A stretch of 64,000 bases of DNA from Escherichia coli (GTDB taxonomy: Bacteria; Pseudomonadota; Gammaproteobacteria; Enterobacterales; Enterobacteriaceae). The position numbers were made by a program, and so were the translations under genes. Under the pieces are notes generated by a model. It was not told the DNA's origin, did no database searches, and saw nothing but the letters and a program-made list of their open reading frames with translations. Positions 1 through 12,121 of the stretch are shown here, piece after piece (within the stretch, counting starts at the first letter, position 1; the number at the start of each line of letters is the position of its first letter). The stretch lies in assembly GCF_003334405.1 (NCBI RefSeq), contig NZ_QOWM01000004.1. One strand, given 5' to 3'.

Positions 1-1
1 C

Positions 2-550
2 GACCGCGCAAAACAGGCGGCAGAAGCAAAAGGTGTGAGCGACAACATGCAATTTATACATTGCGCCGCTCAGGATGTTGCTTCGCATTTGGAAACGCCC
101 GTTGATCTGATATTGTTCCATGCGGTGCTCGAGTGGGTGGCTGATCCCCGCAGCGTATTGCAGACCCTGTGGTCAGTGTTGCGTCCAGGCGGCGTGTTGT
201 CGTTAATGTTCTACAATGCGCATGGTTTGTTGATGCATAACATGGTCGCCGGGAATTTTGATTACGTGCAGGCGGGAATGCCGAAAAAGAAAAAACGGAC
301 GCTTTCGCCAGATTATCCACGCGACCCGGCGCAGGTTTATCTGTGGCTGGAAGAAGCTGGTTGGCAAATTATGGGTAAGACAGGCGTTCGCGTGTTTCAT
401 GATTATCTGCGCGAGAAACACCAGCAGCGCGACTGCTATGAAGCATTACTTGAATTAGAAACGCGTTATTGCCGTCAGGAACCGTATATTACCCTGGGGC
501 GTTATATTCATGTCACCGCGCGCAAACCGCAGAGCAAGGATAAAGTATGA
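2..550 (+). CDS. cmoM: SAM-dependent tRNA methyltransferase CmoM/SmtA, 3' portion (5' end upstream of window)
   Basis: Reading frame open from window edge to stop at 548-550; methyltransferase-like residues; sits immediately upstream of mukF as in E. coli. Confidence 0.85.
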
Positions 551-1869
551 GTGAATTTTCCCAGACAGTCCCCGAACTGGTTGCCTGGGCCAGAAAAAAT
601 GACTTCTCCATCTCGCTGCCGGTAGACCGACTCTCTTTTCTGCTGGCGGTTGCCACGCTGAACGGCGAGCGTCTGGATGGTGAGATGAGTGAAGGCGAGC
701 TGGTGGATGCATTCCGCCATGTGAGTGATGCGTTTGAGCAAACCAGCGAAACCATCGGCGTGCGCGCCAATAACGCGATCAACGACATGGTGCGTCAACG
801 TCTGCTGAACCGCTTTACCAGCGAGCAGGCGGAAGGGAACGCAATTTACCGTCTGACGCCGCTCGGCATCGGCATTACTGACTACTACATCCGTCAGCGC
901 GAGTTTTCTACGCTGCGTCTTTCTATGCAGTTGTCGATTGTGGCGGGTGAGCTCAAACGCGCAGCAGATGCCGCCGAAGAGGGCGGTGATGAATTTCACT
1001 GGCACCGTAATGTCTATGCGCCACTGAAATATTCGGTAGCAGAAATTTTCGACAGTATCGACCTGACGCAACGTCTGATGGACGAACAGCAGCAGCAGGT
1101 GAAGGACGATATCGCCCAGTTGCTGAACAAAGACTGGCGGGCGGCGATTTCCAGCTGTGAATTGTTGCTTTCGGAAACTTCCGGAACGCTGCGTGAATTG
1201 CAGGATACGCTGGAAGCGGCAGGCGACAAATTGCAGGCTAATCTGTTGCGCATTCAGGATGCGACGATGACCCATGACGATCTGCATTTCGTCGATCGTC
1301 TGGTGTTCGATCTGCAGAGCAAACTCGATCGTATTATCAGTTGGGGCCAGCAATCCATCGACTTGTGGATTGGCTACGACCGCCACGTACACAAATTTAT
1401 TCGTACCGCGATCGATATGGATAAAAACCGCGTCTTTGCTCAGCGGTTACGTCAGTCGGTACAAACCTATTTTGATGAGCCGTGGGCGCTAACTTATGCC
1501 AATGCCGATCGTCTGCTGGATATGCGTGACGAAGAGATGGCACTGCGCGATGAAGAAGTGACTGGGGAACTTCCTGAGGATCTGGAATACGAAGAGTTTA
1601 ACGAGATCCGCGAACAGCTGGCGGCGATCATCGAAGAACAACTTGCCGTGTACAAAACCAGACAAGTGCCGCTGGATCTTGGTCTGGTGGTACGCGAATA
1701 TCTGTCACAGTATCCGCGTGCACGTCACTTTGACGTTGCGCGTATTGTTATTGATCAGGCGGTACGTCTTGGCGTAGCGCAAGCAGATTTCACCGGACTG
1801 CCAGCGAAATGGCAGCCGATTAATGATTACGGAGCCAAGGTACAGGCGCATGTCATCGACAAATATTGA
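547..1869 (+). CDS. mukF: Chromosome partition protein MukF (kleisin)
   Basis: 440-aa ORF recognised as MukF; start overlaps cmoM stop; followed by mukE and mukB. Confidence 0.96.
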
Positions 1870-2554
1870 ACAAGTGATGCCGGTTAAGCTGGCGCAGGCG
1901 CTGGCGAATCCGTTATTTCCGGCGCTGGACAGCGCCTTACGTTCAGGACGCCATATTGGCCTCGACGAACTGGATAATCATGCATTCCTGATGGATTTTC
2001 AGGAATATCTGGAAGAGTTTTACGCGCGTTATAACGTTGAGCTTATTCGCGCACCAGAAGGGTTCTTCTATTTACGCCCACGTTCCACCACGCTGATCCC
2101 TCGTTCCGTCTTGTCGGAACTGGATATGATGGTCGGGAAAATCCTCTGTTATCTCTATCTCAGCCCGGAACGGCTGGCGAATGAGGGGATTTTCACCCAG
2201 CAGGAACTGTACGACGAACTGCTCACCCTGGCCGATGAAGCAAAACTGCTGAAACTGGTGAACAACCGTTCAACCGGTTCAGACGTTGACCGTCAGAAGT
2301 TGCAGGAGAAAGTACGTTCTTCGCTCAACCGTCTGCGTCGTTTAGGCATGGTGTGGTTTATGGGCCACGACAGCAGCAAGTTTCGCATTACCGAATCGGT
2401 GTTCCGCTTCGGAGCCGATGTGCGTGCTGGCGACGATCCCCGTGAAGCACAGCGTCGCCTGATTCGTGATGGCGAAGCAATGCCGATTGAAAATCATCTG
2501 CAACTCAACGATGAAACCGAAGAGAATCAGCCAGATAGCGGAGAGGAAGAATAA
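1850..2554 (+). CDS. mukE: Chromosome partition protein MukE
   Basis: 234-aa product from ATG at 1850 (MSSTNIEQV...), inside the last 20 nt of mukF; the ORF-track start at 1823 is an upstream in-frame extension. Confidence 0.93.
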
Positions 2555-5500
2555 TGATTGAACGCGGTAAATTTCGCTCACTGACGCTGATTAACTGGAA
2601 CGGCTTTTTTGCCCGAACTTTTGACCTTGACGAGCTGGTCACGACGCTTTCTGGCGGTAACGGGGCGGGTAAATCCACCACCATGGCGGCGTTCGTTACG
2701 GCGCTGATCCCCGACCTGACCCTGCTGCATTTCCGTAACACTACGGAAGCCGGGGCCACCAGCGGTTCGCGCGATAAAGGTCTGCACGGTAAGCTGAAAG
2801 CGGGTGTCTGTTATTCGATGCTCGACACCATTAACTCGCGCCACCAGCGCGTGGTGGTCGGTGTGCGTCTGCAACAGGTTGCCGGACGCGATCGTAAAGT
2901 GGATATCAAGCCGTTTGCCATTCAGGGACTGCCGATGTCGGTGCAGCCGACACAGCTGGTGACCGAAACCCTGAACGAACGCCAGGCGCGCGTGCTGCCG
3001 CTTAACGAGCTGAAAGACAAGCTCGAGGCGATGGAAGGCGTGCAGTTTAAACAGTTCAACTCCATTACTGATTACCACTCGCTGATGTTCGATCTGGGCA
3101 TCATCGCGCGTCGTCTGCGCTCCGCATCTGACCGTAGCAAATTCTATCGTCTGATCGAAGCTTCGCTGTATGGCGGGATCTCCAGTGCCATTACCCGTTC
3201 TCTGCGCGACTACCTGTTGCCAGAAAACAGCGGCGTGCGTAAAGCGTTCCAGGACATGGAAGCGGCGCTGCGTGAAAACCGTATGACGCTGGAAGCGATT
3301 CGTGTCACCCAGTCGGACCGCGACCTGTTTAAGCATCTGATCAGCGAAGCCACCAACTACGTGGCGGCGGACTACATGCGTCACGCCAACGAGCGCCGTG
3401 TCCATCTCGACAAAGCCCTGGAGTTTCGTCGCGAGCTACATACTTCGCGTCAGCAACTGGCGGCTGAGCAGTACAAACACGTCGATATGGCGCGTGAGCT
3501 GGCAGAGCACAACGGTGCCGAAGGCGATCTGGAAGCGGATTATCAGGCGGCCAGTGATCACCTGAACCTGGTGCAAACCGCACTGCGTCAGCAGGAGAAG
3601 ATCGAACGCTACGAAGCGGATCTCGATGAGCTGCAGATCCGTCTGGAAGAGCAAAATGAAGTGGTGGCAGAAGCCATCGAACGCCAGGAAGAGAATGAGG
3701 CTCGTGCGGAAGCTGCCGAACTGGAAGTGGACGAGCTGAAAAGCCAGCTTGCTGACTACCAGCAGGCGCTGGACGTCCAGCAAACGCGCGCGATCCAGTA
3801 TAACCAGGCGATTGCTGCGCTTAATCGTGCCAAAGAACTGTGCCATCTGCCGGACTTAACCGCCGACTGCGCCGCCGAATGGCTGGAAACCTTCCAGGCG
3901 AAAGAGCTGGAAGCGACTGAAAAAATGCTCTCTCTTGAGCAGAAAATGAGCATGGCGCAAACCGCGCACAGCCAGTTTGAGCAGGCTTATCAGCTGGTGG
4001 TGGCAATCAACGGCCCACTGGCGCGTAACGAGGCGTGGGATGTCGCTCGCGAACTATTGCGCGAAGGGGTCGATCAGCGTCACCTGGCAGAGCAGGTTCA
4101 GCCGCTGCGGATGCGATTAAGCGAACTGGAACAGCGTCTACGCGAGCAGCAAGAAGCTGAGCGTCTGCTGGCAGATTTCTGCAAACGTCAGGGCAAGAAT
4201 TTTGATATCGACGAACTGGAAGCCCTGCATCAGGAACTGGAAGCACGCATTGCCTCTCTTTCCGATAGCGTGTCTAACGCCCGTGAAGAGCGCATGGCAC
4301 TGCGCCAGGAGCAGGAACAGCTGCAGTCTCGCATTCAGAGTTTGATGCAGCGTGCGCCGGTTTGGCTGGCAGCGCAAAACAGTCTCAACCAGTTGAGCGA
4401 ACAGTGCGGCGAAGAGTTTACCTCCAGCCAGGACGTCACCGAATATCTGCAACAGTTGCTGGAGCGTGAGCGAGAGGCGATTGTTGAACGCGATGAAGTG
4501 GGCGCGCGCAAAAACGCCGTCGATGAAGAGATCGAACGTTTAAGCCAGCCTGGCGGCTCTGAAGATCAGCGTCTGAACGCGCTGGCGGAGCGTTTTGGTG
4601 GTGTGCTGCTGTCAGAAATTTATGACGACGTTAGCCTGGAAGATGCGCCGTACTTCTCAGCGCTGTATGGCCCGTCACGCCACGCCATCGTGGTGCCAGA
4701 TCTGTCACAGGTAACTGAACACCTGGAAGGCTTGACCGATTGCCCGGAAGATCTCTATCTGATCGAAGGAGATCCGCAGTCATTCGATGACAGCGTGTTC
4801 AGCGTTGATGAGCTGGAAAAAGCGGTAGTGGTGAAAATCGCCGATCGTCAGTGGCGTTATTCACGTTTCCCGGAAGTGCCGCTGTTTGGTCGTGCTGCGC
4901 GTGAAAGCCGTATTGAAAGCCTCCATGCCGAGCGTGAAGTGCTTTCCGAACGCTTCGCCACGCTCTCCTTTGATGTACAGAAAACTCAGCGTCTGCATCA
5001 GGCGTTCAGCCGCTTTATCGGCAGTCATCTGGCGGTTGCGTTTGAGTCTGACCCGGAAGCAGAAATCCGTCAACTGAACAGCCGTCGCGTCGAACTGGAG
5101 CGGGCGTTAAGTAATCATGAAAATGATAACCAGCAGCAGCGTATTCAGTTTGAGCAGGCGAAAGAGGGCGTTACGGCGCTGAACCGCATTCTGCCGCGTC
5201 TCAACCTGTTGGCTGATGACAGCCTGGCGGATCGCGTCGATGAAATCCGCGAACGTCTGGATGAAGCCCAGGAAGCCGCGCGTTTTGTTCAGCAGTTTGG
5301 CAATCAACTGGCGAAACTGGAACCGATTGTTTCGGTATTGCAGAGCGACCCGGAACAGTTCGAACAGTTAAAAGAAGATTACGCGTACTCTCAGCAGATG
5401 CAGCGCGATGCCCGTCAGCAGGCGTTTGCCCTGACGGAAGTGGTGCAGCGTCGTGCGCACTTTAGCTATTCTGACTCGGCAGAAATGCTTAGCGGTAACA

Positions 5501-7014
5501 GCGATCTCAACGAAAAACTGCGTGAACGTCTGGAACAGGCGGAAGCGGAGCGTACCCGCGCTCGCGAAGCGTTGCGCGGTCACGCAGCGCAGTTGAGTCA
5601 GTACAACCAGGTGCTGGCTTCGCTGAAAAGTTCTTACGACACCAAAAAAGAGCTACTCAACGATCTGCAACGTGAATTGCAGGATATCGGCGTGCGTGCT
5701 GATAGCGGGGCAGAAGAGCGGGCGCGTATTCGCCGTGACGAGCTGCATGCGCAACTGAGCAATAACCGTTCACGCCGCAATCAACTGGAAAAAGCGCTTA
5801 CCTTCTGCGAAGCGGAGATGGACAACCTGACCCGCAAACTGCGCAAGCTGGAGCGGGATTACTTTGAGATGCGCGAGCAGGTAGTGACCGCCAAAGCGGG
5901 CTGGTGTGCGGTGATGCGCATGGTGAAAGATAACGGCGTTGAGCGCCGCTTACACCGTCGTGAGCTGGCTTATCTCTCCGCTGATGATTTGCGTTCCATG
6001 TCGGATAAGGCGTTAGGTGCGCTGCGTCTGGCGGTGGCGGATAACGAACATCTGCGCGACGTGCTGCGCATGTCGGAAGATCCGAAACGTCCGGAGCGTA
6101 AAATTCAGTTCTTCGTGGCGGTTTATCAGCATCTGCGTGAACGTATTCGTCAGGATATTATTCGTACCGATGATCCGGTGGAAGCTATCGAACAGATGGA
6201 GATTGAACTTAGCCGTCTGACCGAAGAATTAACCTCCCGTGAACAGAAACTGGCGATCAGTTCCCGCAGCGTGGCGAACATCATTCGCAAAACCATTCAG
6301 CGCGAGCAGAACCGTATCCGTATGCTCAACCAGGGGTTGCAGAACGTATCGTTTGGTCAGGTGAACAGCGTGCGTCTCAACGTGAACGTGCGTGAAACGC
6401 ACGCCATGCTACTGGATGTGCTCTCTGAACAGCACGAGCAGCATCAGGATCTGTTTAACAGCAACCGTTTGACCTTCTCGGAAGCGCTGGCGAAACTGTA
6501 TCAACGTCTTAACCCGCAGATTGATATGGGGCAGCGCACGCCGCAGACCATCGGTGAAGAACTGCTGGATTACCGCAACTATCTGGAAATGGAAGTTGAG
6601 GTTAACCGTGGTTCCGATGGCTGGCTGCGCGCAGAGTCTGGTGCATTGTCGACCGGTGAGGCGATTGGTACCGGTATGTCGATTCTGGTGATGGTGGTAC
6701 AAAGCTGGGAAGATGAATCTCGCCGCCTGCGCGGTAAAGATATCTCTCCTTGCCGCCTGCTGTTCCTCGATGAAGCAGCGCGACTGGATGCTCGTTCTAT
6801 CGCCACGCTGTTTGAATTGTGTGAGCGTTTGCAAATGCAACTCATCATCGCAGCGCCGGAAAATATCAGCCCGGAGAAAGGCACCACCTATAAACTGGTG
6901 CGTAAAGTCTTCCAGAATACCGAACACGTTCATGTCGTCGGCCTGCGAGGATTTGCGCCGCAACTCCCTGAAACGCTTCCAGGAACTGACGAAGCGCCTT
7001 CTCAGGCGAGTTAA
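2554..7014 (+). CDS. mukB: Chromosome partition protein MukB (SMC-like condensin ATPase)
   Basis: 1486-aa ORF; N-terminal Walker [10 protein letters not shown]; long charged coiled-coil middle; ATG overlaps mukE stop (TAATG). Confidence 0.97.
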   Translation: MIERGKFRSLTLINWNGFFARTFDLDELVTTLSGGNGAGKSTTMAAFVTALIPDLTLLHFRNTTEAGATSGSRDKGLHGKLKAGVCYSMLDTINSRHQRVVVGVRLQQVAGRDRKVDIKPFAIQGLPMSVQPTQLVTETLNERQARVLPLNELKDKLEAMEGVQFKQFNSITDYHSLMFDLGIIARRLRSASDRSKFYRLIEASLYGGISSAITRSLRDYLLPENSGVRKAFQDMEAALRENRMTLEAIRVTQSDRDLFKHLISEATNYVAADYMRHANERRVHLDKALEFRRELHTSRQQLAAEQYKHVDMARELAEHNGAEGDLEADYQAASDHLNLVQTALRQQEKIERYEADLDELQIRLEEQNEVVAEAIERQEENEARAEAAELEVDELKSQLADYQQALDVQQTRAIQYNQAIAALNRAKELCHLPDLTADCAAEWLETFQAKELEATEKMLSLEQKMSMAQTAHSQFEQAYQLVVAINGPLARNEAWDVARELLREGVDQRHLAEQVQPLRMRLSELEQRLREQQEAERLLADFCKRQGKNFDIDELEALHQELEARIASLSDSVSNAREERMALRQEQEQLQSRIQSLMQRAPVWLAAQNSLNQLSEQCGEEFTSSQDVTEYLQQLLEREREAIVERDEVGARKNAVDEEIERLSQPGGSEDQRLNALAERFGGVLLSEIYDDVSLEDAPYFSALYGPSRHAIVVPDLSQVTEHLEGLTDCPEDLYLIEGDPQSFDDSVFSVDELEKAVVVKIADRQWRYSRFPEVPLFGRAARESRIESLHAEREVLSERFATLSFDVQKTQRLHQAFSRFIGSHLAVAFESDPEAEIRQLNSRRVELERALSNHENDNQQQRIQFEQAKEGVTALNRILPRLNLLADDSLADRVDEIRERLDEAQEAARFVQQFGNQLAKLEPIVSVLQSDPEQFEQLKEDYAYSQQMQRDARQQAFALTEVVQRRAHFSYSDSAEMLSGNSDLNEKLRERLEQAEAERTRAREALRGHAAQLSQYNQVLASLKSSYDTKKELLNDLQRELQDIGVRADSGAEERARIRRDELHAQLSNNRSRRNQLEKALTFCEAEMDNLTRKLRKLERDYFEMREQVVTAKAGWCAVMRMVKDNGVERRLHRRELAYLSADDLRSMSDKALGALRLAVADNEHLRDVLRMSEDPKRPERKIQFFVAVYQHLRERIRQDIIRTDDPVEAIEQMEIELSRLTEELTSREQKLAISSRSVANIIRKTIQREQNRIRMLNQGLQNVSFGQVNSVRLNVNVRETHAMLLDVLSEQHEQHQDLFNSNRLTFSEALAKLYQRLNPQIDMGQRTPQTIGEELLDYRNYLEMEVEVNRGSDGWLRAESGALSTGEAIGTGMSILVMVVQSWEDESRRLRGKDISPCRLLFLDEAARLDARSIATLFELCERLQMQLIIAAPENISPEKGTTYKLVRKVFQNTEHVHVVGLRGFAPQLPETLPGTDEAPSQAS

Positions 7015-7020
7015 AATTAA

Positions 7021-7049
7021 GGCGGCAGCAATGCCGCCTTTTCTTTTTC
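7021..7049 (+). terminator. Intrinsic terminator after mukB
   Basis: GC hairpin ggcggcagcaatgccgcc followed by ttttctttttc, 7 nt after mukB stop. Confidence 0.8.
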
Positions 7050-7274
7050 CGAAAACTCCGTTTCTGCACTAAAAAAGTGGCACATTACGGCGCGCTTTTC
7101 TTTAAACTTCTTTACATTAGGTTATGTAAAAACGTATCGGCGTTTATATACTGAAGATAAGCCTGATGAGTAACAGGCTTGCTCGTCATACTTTCGTGAG
7201 TATTGGCGTTGTACAGGCAAGTCGTAAAATAACAGCCTGGCTATTCAGAGTATGATAAAAACAGGGGGCAAGGG

Positions 7275-9122
7275 ATGTTGCTTAATATGATGTGTGGTCG
7301 TCGGCTGTCGGCAATCAGTTTGTGCCTGGCCGTAACATTCGCTCCACTGTTCAATGCGCAGGCCGATGAGCCTGAAGTAATCCCTGGCGACAGCCCGGTG
7401 GCTGTCAGTGAACAGGGCGAGGCACTGCCGCAGGCGCAAGCCACGGCAATAATGGCGGGGATCCAGCCATTGCCTGAAGGTGCGGCAGAAAAAGCCCGCA
7501 CGCAAATCGAATCTCAATTACCCGCAGGTTACAAGCCGGTTTATCTTAACCAGCTTCAACTGTTGTATGCCGCACGCGATATGCAACCCATGTGGGAAAA
7601 CCGTGATGCTGTTAAAGCCTTCCAGCAACAGCTGGCAGAGGTGGCGATTGCCGGTTTCCAGCCGCAGTTTAATAAATGGGTAGAGTTACTGACCGATCCT
7701 GGTGTTAACGGGATGGCACGCGACGTGGTGCTCTCTGATGCGATGATGGGCTATCTCCATTTCATTGCAAATATTCCGGTCAAAGGCACTCGCTGGCTAT
7801 ATAGCAGTAAACCTTATGCACTTGCAACGCCGCCGCTCTCGGTGATTAACCAATGGCAGCTGGCGCTGGATAAAGGTCAATTGCCTACGTTTGTTGCAGG
7901 ACTGGCACCGCAGCATCCGCAATATGCGGCGATGCATGAATCGTTACTGGCCTTACTCTGTGACACCAAACCGTGGCCCCAACTGACCGGCAAAGCAACG
8001 TTGCGCCCAGGGCAGTGGAGTAACGACGTACCGGCGTTGCGCGAAATATTGCAACGCACAGGCATGTTGGACGGGGGGCCGAAAATTACTCTACCTGGCG
8101 ATGACACGCCAACTGACGCGGTAGTCAGCCCATCCGCTGTTACTGTTGAAACAGCAGAAACTAAGCCGATGGATAAGCAAACGACGTCTCGTAGTAAACC
8201 TGCGCCTGCCGTTCGCGCCGCCTACGATAATGAACTGGTGGAAGCCGTTAAACGTTTTCAGGCATGGCAAGGATTGGGGGCAGATGGTGCTATTGGCCCG
8301 GCAACACGTGACTGGTTAAACGTAACGCCCGCCCAGCGTGCTGGCGTGTTGGCTCTCAACATCCAGCGATTGCGCTTGCTGCCAACAGAGCTTTCTACCG
8401 GGATCATGGTTAACATTCCGGCCTATTCGCTGGTCTACTATCAGAACGGCAATCAGGTGCTGGATTCGCGAGTCATTGTCGGTCGCCCCGATCGCAAAAC
8501 GCCGATGATGAGCAGTGCCCTTAACAACGTAGTGGTAAACCCGCCGTGGAACGTACCTCCAACTCTGGCACGCAAAGATATTCTGCCAAAAGTGCGCAAC
8601 GATCCGGGATATCTCGAAAGCCATGGCTATACGGTGATGCGCGGCTGGAACAGCAGAGAAGCGATTGACCCATGGCAGGTTGACTGGTCTACAATCACGG
8701 CCTCGAATTTACCGTTCCGCTTCCAGCAGGCTCCAGGCCCACGGAACTCGCTGGGGCGCTATAAATTCAATATGCCGAGTTCAGAGGCCATTTATTTGCA
8801 TGACACGCCGAACCACAATCTGTTCAAGCGTGATACACGCGCATTGAGCTCAGGCTGTGTACGAGTGAATAAAGCTTCCGATCTGGCGAATATGCTGTTG
8901 CAGGATGCAGGCTGGAATGACAAACGTATTTCTGATGCGCTGAAGCAGGGTGATACACGTTACGTCAATATTCGGCAGTCGATTCCGGTGAATCTCTACT
9001 ACCTGACGGCCTTTGTTGGTGCAGATGGTCGTACCCAGTATCGTACAGATATTTACAATTATGATCTGCCTGCGCGATCCAGCTCGCAAATCGTATCGAA
9101 AGCGGAACAATTAATCAGGTAA
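7275..9122 (+). CDS. ldtD: L,D-transpeptidase LdtD (YcbB)
   Basis: 615-aa ORF with N-terminal signal peptide; recognised as YcbB/LdtD. Confidence 0.93.
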   Translation: MLLNMMCGRRLSAISLCLAVTFAPLFNAQADEPEVIPGDSPVAVSEQGEALPQAQATAIMAGIQPLPEGAAEKARTQIESQLPAGYKPVYLNQLQLLYAARDMQPMWENRDAVKAFQQQLAEVAIAGFQPQFNKWVELLTDPGVNGMARDVVLSDAMMGYLHFIANIPVKGTRWLYSSKPYALATPPLSVINQWQLALDKGQLPTFVAGLAPQHPQYAAMHESLLALLCDTKPWPQLTGKATLRPGQWSNDVPALREILQRTGMLDGGPKITLPGDDTPTDAVVSPSAVTVETAETKPMDKQTTSRSKPAPAVRAAYDNELVEAVKRFQAWQGLGADGAIGPATRDWLNVTPAQRAGVLALNIQRLRLLPTELSTGIMVNIPAYSLVYYQNGNQVLDSRVIVGRPDRKTPMMSSALNNVVVNPPWNVPPTLARKDILPKVRNDPGYLESHGYTVMRGWNSREAIDPWQVDWSTITASNLPFRFQQAPGPRNSLGRYKFNMPSSEAIYLHDTPNHNLFKRDTRALSSGCVRVNKASDLANMLLQDAGWNDKRISDALKQGDTRYVNIRQSIPVNLYYLTAFVGADGRTQYRTDIYNYDLPARSSSQIVSKAEQLIR

Positions 9123-9302
9123 ATGAAGTAGTTCGGGGAAATCAGTTGTCGTAATAATTAGCATGATTGGGGGCGATTCTCTGCAGCCCCCGTCACTGCT
9201 GGGGTTGAGTCATCTTGACGTCTGCTTTACGGGCGGTTAAGGTGCCTCTTGTGCGCCAGAAGTGCATATAAACGATAACATTGACCTGTAGACTTGATTA
9301 TC

Positions 9303-9851
9303 ATGGACAAATTCGACGCTAATCGCCGCAAATTGCTGGCGCTTGGTGGCGTTGCACTCGGTGCCGCCATCCTGCCGACCCCTGCGTTTGCAACACTCTC
9401 TACCCCACGCCCGCGCATTTTGACACTCAATAATCTTCATACCGGAGAGTCAATCAAAGCGGAGTTTTTCGATGGCAGAGGCTATATTCAGGAAGAATTG
9501 GCAAAACTTAACCATTTTTTCCGCGATTACCGCGCGAACAAAATAAAGTCCATCGACCCAGGATTATTCGACCAGTTGTATCGCCTGCAAGGGTTGTTAG
9601 GCACGCGCAAACCGGTGCAACTCATTTCCGGTTATCGTTCTATTGATACCAACAATGAACTACGCGCCCGCAGCCGTGGAGTAGCGAAGAAAAGCTATCA
9701 CACTAAAGGCCAGGCGATGGATTTCCATATTGAAGGTATCGCGTTAAGCAATATTCGCAAAGCCGCGTTATCTATGCGCGCAGGTGGTGTAGGATATTAT
9801 CCACGTAGTAACTTTGTGCATATTGATACCGGGCCAGCACGGCACTGGTAG
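9303..9851 (+). CDS. mepK: Peptidoglycan L,D-endopeptidase MepK (YcbK), Tat-type signal peptide
   Basis: 182-aa product from ATG 9303 (MDKFDANRRKLLALGGVALGAA...); twin-arginine motif RRKLL; track ORF starts 9 nt earlier at TTG. Confidence 0.9.
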   Translation: MDKFDANRRKLLALGGVALGAAILPTPAFATLSTPRPRILTLNNLHTGESIKAEFFDGRGYIQEELAKLNHFFRDYRANKIKSIDPGLFDQLYRLQGLLGTRKPVQLISGYRSIDTNNELRARSRGVAKKSYHTKGQAMDFHIEGIALSNIRKAALSMRAGGVGYYPRSNFVHIDTGPARHW

Positions 9852-9877
9852 TAATTGCTTAACGAAACAGGGGCAGT

Positions 9878-10525
9878 ATGAACTATCGTATTATTCCGGT
9901 CACCGCATTCTCCCAGAACTGTTCATTAATCTGGTGTGAACAAACCCGTCTGGCCGCACTGGTCGATCCTGGCGGCGATGCGGAAAAAATCAAACAGGAA
10001 GTTGATGACAGCGGCCTGACACTGATGCAGATCCTGCTGACGCATGGTCATCTGGACCACGTTGGCGCAGCGGCGGAACTGGCGCAACATTACGGCGTGC
10101 CGGTTTTCGGCCCGGAAAAAGAAGATGAGTTCTGGCTGCAAGGCTTGCCTGCGCAAAGTCGTATGTTTGGTCTGGAAGAGTGCCAGCCGCTGACGCCAGA
10201 TCGTTGGCTGAACGAAGGCGATACCATCAGCATAGGGAATGTGACTTTACAGGTGTTACATTGCCCTGGGCATACGCCGGGTCATGTCGTGTTTTTTGAT
10301 GATCGGGCAAAGCTGCTGATTTCTGGCGATGTTATTTTCAAAGGCGGAGTAGGGCGCAGTGACTTCCCGCGTGGCGATCATAATCAACTGATTTCTTCAA
10401 TCAAAGATAAATTGCTGCCACTGGGGGATGACGTGATATTTATTCCGGGTCACGGACCATTATCCACACTTGGTTATGAACGCCTGCATAATCCCTTCCT
10501 GCAAGACGAAATGCCCGTCTGGTAA
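9878..10525 (+). CDS. gloC: Metallo-beta-lactamase fold hydrolase (glyoxalase II-like) GloC/YcbL
   Basis: 215-aa ORF with THGHLDH metal-binding motif; position matches ycbL. Confidence 0.9.
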
Positions 10526-10531
10526 GGCACA

Positions 10532-10557
10532 TAAAAAAGCCCGCTTTTAATGCGGGC
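10532..10557 (-). terminator. Candidate intrinsic terminator read on minus strand (distal end of aspC transcript)
   Basis: Hairpin gcccgc-ttttaat-gcgggc preceded on plus strand by an A-run, which is a T-run on the minus strand. Confidence 0.4.
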
Positions 10558-10587
10558 CTGGATTTCTGGCAAAGTGCGCTTTGTTTA

Positions 10588-10687
10588 TGCCGGATGCGGC
10601 ACGAGCGCCTTATCCGGCCTACAAAATCGTGCAAATTCAAAATATTGCAGGGGACGCGTAGGCCTGATAAGCGTAGCGCATCAGGCA
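10588..10687. repeat. REP pair (BIME-like) in gloC-aspC intergenic region
   Basis: tgccggatgcggcacgagcgccttatccggcctac and inverted copy gtaggcctgataagcgtagcgcatcaggca; classic REP consensus. Confidence 0.85.
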
Positions 10688-10710
10688 ATGTTGCGTTTGT
10701 CATCAGTCTC

Positions 10711-10741
10711 AGCCCGCTTTTCAGCGGGCTTCATTGTTTTT
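10711..10741 (+). terminator. Candidate intrinsic terminator for gloC transcript
   Basis: Hairpin agcccgc-ttttca-gcgggct followed by tcattgttttt. Confidence 0.5.
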
Positions 10742-10746
10742 AATGC

Positions 10747-11937
10747 TTACAGCACTGCCACAATCGCTTCGCACAGCGGAGCCATGTTATCTGGTGTCAT
10801 CCCGGCCACATTTACGCGACCAGAAGCAACCGCATATACGCCAAACTCTTCGCGCAGACGCAGCACTTGTTCTTTTGTCAGGCCACTGAAGGAGAACATG
10901 CCGTTCTGTTTGATGATAAAGCTGAAGTCGCGGTTTGCGCCTTTTTCCTGCAGCGTATTGACGAACAACTGACGCATACGCTGAATACGCTGGCGCATAT
11001 CAGTCAGCTCTTGTTCCCAAATCGCACGTAACGCATCGTTGCTCAGGATGGTGGCAACAACAGAAGCGCCGTGTGCTGGTGGGTTAGAGTAGTTAGCGCG
11101 AATCGCCGCTTTCATTTGGCTGAATGCGCGATCAACGGTTTCACTGTCGGCAGCAACCAGAGTACAAGCGCCAACACGCTCGTTGTACAGGCCAAAGTTT
11201 TTAGAGTAGGAACTGGCAACAATCAGCTCTTTATGCATAGCCGCGAAAGCGCGCAGTCCTTCAGCATCTTCTTCCAGACCACGGGCAAAACCCTGGTAAG
11301 CGAAGTCAAACAGCGGTAACCAGCCTTTCTCAACGGAGAGTTGTGCCAGTGTTTGCCATTGTTCCAGCGTAGGGTCGATACCGGTTGGGTTATGGCAGCA
11401 GCCATGGAACAGCACTACGTCGCCAGCCTGAGCTTCATTCAGGCTGTTAATCAGTGCATCGAAGTCAAGAGTGTGATTTTCCGCATCATAATAAGCGTAT
11501 TCACGAACTTCCAGACCTGCAGAGTTAAAGACGCTCTTATGGTTCGGCCAGCTTGGGTTGCTCACCCACACACGCTTAACGCTGGTATTTTTTGCCAGGA
11601 AATCGGCAGCCACGCGTAGTGCGCCAGTGCCCCCCGGAGTCTGTGCCGTGCGAGCACGTTTGTCATTGATCAGGGCGCTACCTTTACCAAACAGCAGTTC
11701 CTGAGTGCAGCGACCAAATTCAGGGATGCCGTCAATGCCGAGGTAATTTTTGGTGGTTTCATTTTCGAGCAGATACTGTTCAGCCTTTTTCACGCTGGTC
11801 AGTACCGGGGTTTTGCCCGTCTCATCTTTATAGACACCAATCCCGAGGTTAATTTTGCCGGGACGTTCATCGGCACGAAACAGATCGGCCAGGCCCAGAA
11901 TCGGGTCGGCAGGAGCGGCGGTAATGTTCTCAAACAT
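10747..11937 (-). CDS. aspC: Aspartate aminotransferase
   Basis: 396-aa ORF recognised as AspC ([16 protein letters not shown]...); PLP-dependent aminotransferase. Confidence 0.97.
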   Translation of the reverse strand: MFENITAAPADPILGLADLFRADERPGKINLGIGVYKDETGKTPVLTSVKKAEQYLLENETTKNYLGIDGIPEFGRCTQELLFGKGSALINDKRARTAQTPGGTGALRVAADFLAKNTSVKRVWVSNPSWPNHKSVFNSAGLEVREYAYYDAENHTLDFDALINSLNEAQAGDVVLFHGCCHNPTGIDPTLEQWQTLAQLSVEKGWLPLFDFAYQGFARGLEEDAEGLRAFAAMHKELIVASSYSKNFGLYNERVGACTLVAADSETVDRAFSQMKAAIRANYSNPPAHGASVVATILSNDALRAIWEQELTDMRQRIQRMRQLFVNTLQEKGANRDFSFIIKQNGMFSFSGLTKEQVLRLREEFGVYAVASGRVNVAGMTPDNMAPLCEAIVAVL

Positions 11938-12066
11938 GACGAGGTTCCATTATGGTTACAGAAGGGAAGTCCGCTATCAGGGTAACGGGAGATTTACAAA
12001 ATTCCAACTATTACTGATGAAAACGCAGGCTGTTTTTGCAAGACGTGAGATTGCTCTGGAAGGTAT

Positions 12067-12096
12067 AAAAAAAACAGGACCAAAGTCCTGTTTTTT
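12067..12096 (-). terminator. Intrinsic terminator downstream of ompF (bidirectional geometry)
   Basis: Hairpin acaggac-caaa-gtcctgt flanked by an A-run and a T-run, 26 nt downstream of ompF stop. Confidence 0.85.
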
Positions 12097-12121
12097 CGGC
12101 ATTTAACAAAGAGGTGTGCTA

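Noticed and set aside
2578-3405. 275-aa minus-strand ORF, plus other long antisense ORFs (3436-3846, 4138-4452, 6409-6963), inside mukB
   Set aside because: They overlap the 1486-aa mukB frame, have low-complexity Arg/His/Gln-rich translations with no start context. Shadow ORFs of a GC-rich coiled-coil gene.
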